This document shows, piece by piece, positions 36,393 to 41,279 of a DNA stretch of 41,279 nt. The stretch covers positions 1-41,279 of the forward strand of contig LSRY02000086.1 in assembly GCA_001643675.2 (NCBI GenBank), given 5' to 3'. The notes beneath the pieces are model-generated. The model was not told the origin of the DNA, did no database searches, and worked only from the letters and a program-made list of their open reading frames with translations. Position numbers and translations under genes: made by a program. Position 1 is the stretch's first letter. The number at the start of each line of letters is the position of its first letter. The stretch is from Monocercomonoides exilis PA203 (taxonomy: Eukaryota > Protista > Preaxostyla).

Positions 36393-36689
36393 TTATGGTG
36401 TCAACTGCGCTGAAAGTGAGAGGTTGAGTTGGAACAAATGTTGAGGAAAGGAGGGTGAGGGAGGCGTCTTGGAGGAGGGAATGAAGCCGTTGAGGGCAAA
36501 CTCGATGGATGCGCATGGGGTCTGTTGGGGTCTGCCACAGGCATCAGCATCGACATAACTTCCACCATTTGCAACGACTTTATTCTGGTCGATGAGGGGG
36601 AGCAAGCTATTGAACTCAGCTTTTCTAATTATCCACGATTTCGTTGAACGGTTGATGAAGCAATTGAACCGAATTAAAGGAAAGGACAT
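36393..36689 (-). pseudogene. Fragment paralogous to the 17.9-18.3-kb part of the beta-helix-like surface protein family
   Basis: LPLIDQNKVVANGGSYVDADACGRPQQTPCASIEFAL aligns with LPLISQNKNVANNGTDVDGCGRTQQNRCSTMEYAI. Confidence 0.75.
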
Positions 36690-37068
36690 TTGTTAGCTGT
36701 TCAAAGACGAAAAGAAAAAAGAGAAATAACTATTATTAGTAAATTGGTTTCAATAATTTTGTTTTCTTATCGTTTTTTCGTTCTTATTTTAAATTTTTTC
36801 TTTTCAATGTTTTGTTTTTTCAGTTTAGAAATATCTATTTTCCTTTTAAAGATTGATTTTTCTTTTTTTTTTTGAAACTTGATCAAAAAACTCTTTTTAA
36901 TGAAAAAAAGGTATGTTTTTTTGTTCTTATAAATTTTACAAATATATATGACAGAAATAAATGCTAAATACTTGCAAAAACAAATTAACTCTTTGATCAA
37001 TAAATACCACTATAGATTTATTTTTCAATTTTTGATCTTTTTTATGATATCAAAAAAATCACCCATAT

Positions 37069-38006
37069 GACCTGACTTTAATTTGTGTACCATGTCTTTT
37101 GAAAGTTTCATTAAAGAAAGGTGAAGGCGTGGAAATTCAATTGGAAGTGGAAGTGGCTTTACTGGCTTTGAGCAATATTTTTTAAGTGTATGTTAATTTT
37201 TATTTCATTTTTGAAGTTATTGATTTTTCCGATTTTTATTAGGAAGTGCCAAAAGAACTGTATTTGAATGAAATCAAAGAGATAATCCAATATCATCAAG
37301 AGCATCACAACCTCACTCGACTTGCCTATCAATCTTCTTGGAATTTTTGATTTTCAGATTGGTCAATGATGAAAGCTTGGATGAAGTGATTGTGAATGAA
37401 CTGCATTTCGCAAGAGAAGCATCAAGAGAATTGGAAGAATTGTCGAAATGTGTGGATTGGAAGAGAAAAGAAGAAGAAATGTGCAAATAAGAAGCGAATG
37501 GAGTGCAAGTTATTAAGGGATGGATGAAAACATTGGTGTGCTTCTATGAAAACTGTCTGTTGTGGAATGAAGAATATGTTGGACTTTTAAGCAGCATTGT
37601 TCGGATATATCGAACAGCGAAGGATAAATTCAGAGAAATTAGCTGCTGGTGTGTTTTTTCCTTGAGAAATGCAGCGAGTGACGGAGCTGTACCAGTTGAT
37701 GACTTGCTGAAAAGTGGAGCAGTTGATGCTGTTTTGGAGAAGATTCTGCAACAAACATTAAATAAAGATTTTATGCGTGATTATTTGGATTTCTTTTTGA
37801 AGATTTCAGAAAGACAAAAAGACGAGGAGAAAGACAAACTGAAGGAAGCGAAAAGAAAAGAGTTGAAAAGAAAGATATTTGAAGAGCTTGAAGAAGAAGG
37901 ATACGAGGATATCATCACAAGTTTTCATGGAACTTTTTGTTTTCTGAGCAGAATACACTATCTTTTTTTGTCGTTGGATGTTTCAGTTTATTTTGTAAAC
38001 GTTTAG
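37069..38006 (+). pseudogene. 5'-truncated, disrupted copy of the EExGYED multicopy family, with an intron at about 37188-37242
   Basis: Reads ICVPCLLKVSLKK...VALLALSNI, a GTATGT...TAG intron, then EVPKELYLNEIKEIIQYHQEHHNLTRLAYQS. A frameshift near 37345 and an in-frame TAA near 37488 precede the intact C-terminal ORF 37503-38006. Confidence 0.75.
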
Positions 38007-38254
38007 CCAAATTCTTTTCATTTGGCTTTGTTTCTCTAATTTTCAATTTTTCTTTTTTTTTTTCATCATTTCACTGACGCCAAAGATTATACAAAATGAA
38101 AGGCTTTCTTTCAAATTATTAATTTTGCAAGCATAATTTTGTTATCAAACAAATAAATAAAGCAAAAAATCATCAATTTGTTGGGAAATCTTTCATAAAG
38201 AACCAAATAAAAATTGTTTCTTTTCAAAATTCTCGTTCAGAATAATGTTTTGTG

Positions 38255-38782
38255 GGTAAGATGTAACATATTGGGTCCCGATTTTTATTGTGAAATAAAA
38301 CCAATATTTCACCAAATTTGACACACGAAAATATTATCATTTTCCTTATGATGTTTTTGGTTTTGGAAAATTGTGATTTTTATAGAAAAATCCTATCAGT
38401 TAATTATTTGTAAATCATAATCACTCAATTGGTGTGACAAATCTTTTCAAAAATTTTTATGGATAATGAAAAGAAAACTTCAAAGATGACGAAATATCTA
38501 CAGATTCTGTTAATAACGACAATTTTTTTTGTGGATTTTTTGATAAAAGGATAATTTAGAAGAAAATCCGTTGGTTTTTGTATAAAATATTTTATGTTTT
38601 TATAAATATTTGTAAATACTGGTTTAATTTTTGGTAACGAAACTGAAATTCACAACTTATTTGTTAATCGTTGAAACTTAATTACACATTTATTAATCGA
38701 ATTTTCAACAATGAAGTATTTTTTTTAATAATTCAAGATGATTTCTATGAAAATTTTCGGACCCAATAAGTTACACTTTACC
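38255..38782. mobile_element. 528-bp non-autonomous MITE with GG termini and an 8-bp target-site duplication (Merlin- or Mutator-like)
   Basis: Left end GGTAAGATGTAACATATTGGGTCC versus reverse-complemented right end GGTAAAGTGTAACTTATTGGGTCC. A perfect direct repeat GTTTTGTG lies at 38247-38254 and 38783-38790. The interior is AT-rich and non-coding. Confidence 0.85.
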
Positions 38783-41279
38783 GTTTTGTGTGTGATTATT
38801 AAAGTGAATATCACGCGAAGACATCAAATAAAAATCAGATTTTTTTATCTTGTTCAATTTTGATGAAATGAAGAAATAAAAAAGAGAATTAAATTGATTT
38901 TCATTTCTCTCTTTTCTTTTTGGAAATCTTCATCTAATCATTTGTTTGCTCGAATTTTTCATTAAAAATCGTTATTCACTTATTCATTCATCTGCTTCTA
39001 AGCCTCTTCTCTTCTCTTTTGAAATGTCTCTAGCAGCTCCAGTGTCTTTCATGATATTTCCACATTCAAGCTGATCTTAGTAAAGCTGAAGAAGAGAAAT
39101 TTAAAATCTTTTTTAAAAGGAGTTATAGACACAAACGCAAACGGAAAGAAAATAATGATTTTTGTATGTATGGTAGAGAATGAAAAGATTGAAGAAAATA
39201 GAAGTTGAAAAAGAAGAAATTATGTGATAATTGATTGAAGAAGAAAGAGGAAGAAGAAGAAGAGGAAGAAGAAAAGGAAGAGGAAGAAGGAGGAGAATGA
39301 GGAGAAGGAGGAAGCGGATTCTTCGATTCCAACGTTTTCTTCGAAGTTTCTGGTATTTTCAAATTTTTGTTTTTGATAAGCGAAATGTGAATGAGAAGTG
39401 TGGCCGATGGATAACTTCATGGGATGCTCAAAATTAAGAAAAGCTGAGAAGATATATAAATTAAAACGTATAAATAATATTGAAGCCAATAAGAAACATG
39501 AGAACCAGAAAACAGAAAATGATGAATTTTGAAATTGAATAAATATCGATTTTAATAAGAAAAACAAAAAGAATAAAAAATAATGAAAAAAACATTTCAA
39601 TAATATTCACTTTTTCTTCTCCCTTTAATTTTTATCCCCTTCCATCTTCATCCACACCTTGAAGCATCAACGGAACATCCTTCCTTCAGCCTAGTTGGAA
39701 TCACATTCGACGACAAAACCAAAACGGCATCAGAAACTCTTCTTTCACCTCTTTTGGATCGATTTCAATGTTTCTGTTGAAAGAGCTGCTAAAACACAAA
39801 CAGCATTTCTTCAGTTGGTTTTGTATCTTCCTTTGTTCTTTTGACAAGTTAAATTGCAACTCGCTCGCAAAATGTGTCAAGTCAAAAACAAAAAATTCCA
39901 AACGAGTTCAGAGTCTTTTCAGACTGATTATTTCTCCGATAGCTTTCTTGATAAGCGATTTTTTCCTCTGAATACTCGTTTTATTGCTTCAGAAGTCTTA
40001 ATGCGAAGAAAGTCGAAGGCAGAAAAGTCGAAACAGAAGAGCAATGAGACAAAAGAATGGGAAATGGAGGAATGATTTTGAGAAGAGAGAAAGGAGAAGA
40101 AGCAGTGCGCGAAGGGATATATGTGCTTAACTGCAGGAGAGAAAGAGAGGGCTAAGTCGGCTGTTACAAATGCTCTGGAGGCGGAATTGAAGGTTTTGAG
40201 TTCATTTTGTTCAAAATAATAAAAGGAAAAATGAAAATAATTAATTTTAAATAATAATAAAAAACATGTAAATTGGAAGTATTAATGAAAAGAAATTATT
40301 GTGATTGAAAATAAATGCATAAATAATACATAAAGCCACATATAAACCATTAACAAACCTTGTACGCAAGTGTGCCTTCTTGAACAGCTTTCCTTCCCTC
40401 CACCGTCCTTCACAACACGTCTCTTTCTTCCTCTTCTCCTCCTCCTTCTGCCCTTTCAGCAACCTCTTCGCCTTCTCCTCTTCCACTCTCTCATCACATC
40501 CACCAGCTCCATCTGGTTCACCAGCACAAATGCTGCTTCTGTTTCGACTTCTCTTTCTTTCCTAAATCAGCCTGTTAAAATGTACAAGTTCATTCGCATA
40601 GCCCAACTGCTCTTGTATTTCCCAGCTGTACTGTGAACAGAACCAGCCGCCAAAGACAGCCGACCACCCGTTCCTTGTACATTAGTAGCGTTTGTCTGTC
40701 ACTTACTGCTTTTCTCGTGTTTCTCAGGCAAAGCATAAGTTTTTCATGAAAGACAAAACGCATTCGAGTTCGGTTGATATAATTTCGCGTTGTTTGGTGG
40801 AAAATGAATCGTCAATTCGAAATTCTTCTTCTTATTCTTATTCTTATTCATCACCTTCTTCACCTTCTTCACCTTTTCTTCTTCCTCTTCCTCTTCTTCA
40901 CTCTCCTTCCTCCATTTCCTTCACCTCCTTCTTTTCCCTCCACAACAGCTCCGTTTGCATCAGTTCTGTTGCCTGCGCCAGTGCCCAACCCGCTGCCAAG
41001 CCCTGCATCTATCGCATTCCCTGTTCCAACCAAAGCCCCAGCTCTAGTCAAGACTTCCTTCCTTTGTTTGTTTCTCGGCTTCTTCTTTCCACAAGAATGA
41101 TCTTCGCACAGCACATCGCCCACGTGGAAGCCCTTCCGCCGGCAGAGTGATTGGAGCAGGGAGCCCTTGCAGAGTGCAAGGGAATACTCGCACTGCTTAT
41201 GTTGGATGTACGGCGCACAGAGAAAGGCAAAGACACAATGGGCGAAGGCTTTGGCTACACGAAGGCATGTCATATTCTT

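Noticed and set aside
40370-41279. ORFs at the right edge of the window
   Set aside because: Coding-like but fragmented and low-complexity; neither strand nor product can be supported.

Overview
AT-rich eukaryotic genomic DNA with short GT-AG introns, long E/K- and S-rich low-complexity tracts and many decayed copies of multigene families. The family peptides resemble, from memory, those of the oxymonad Monocercomonoides; the taxon is an inference. The main feature is a ~6.15-kb DNA transposon (about 23766-29917) with ~430-bp terminal inverted repeats (TIRs) that contain nested palindromes. It carries one spliced gene (24561-28571), which after repair of four small frame breaks encodes ~1,290 aa. 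In this protein a complete USP-type (peptidase C19) deubiquitinase domain sits between Ser-rich linkers inside a DDD (Sola-like) transposase. The ORF track hides the fusion because the Cys box GLKNLGNTCY is split by a 1-nt indel. A GC-rich ~140-nt multi-stem structure starts 5 nt after the stop codon. About 8 kb upstream lies an intact paralogous USP gene (13796-16740) with a similar first exon, no transposase domain and 19 identical 60-bp coding repeats. Also present: a 528-bp MITE with an 8-bp target-site duplication, a recurrent GGGTGATT end motif that truncates host paralogs, a ~4-kb polypurine tract and several pseudogenes. No rRNA, tRNA or CRISPR array was recognised.
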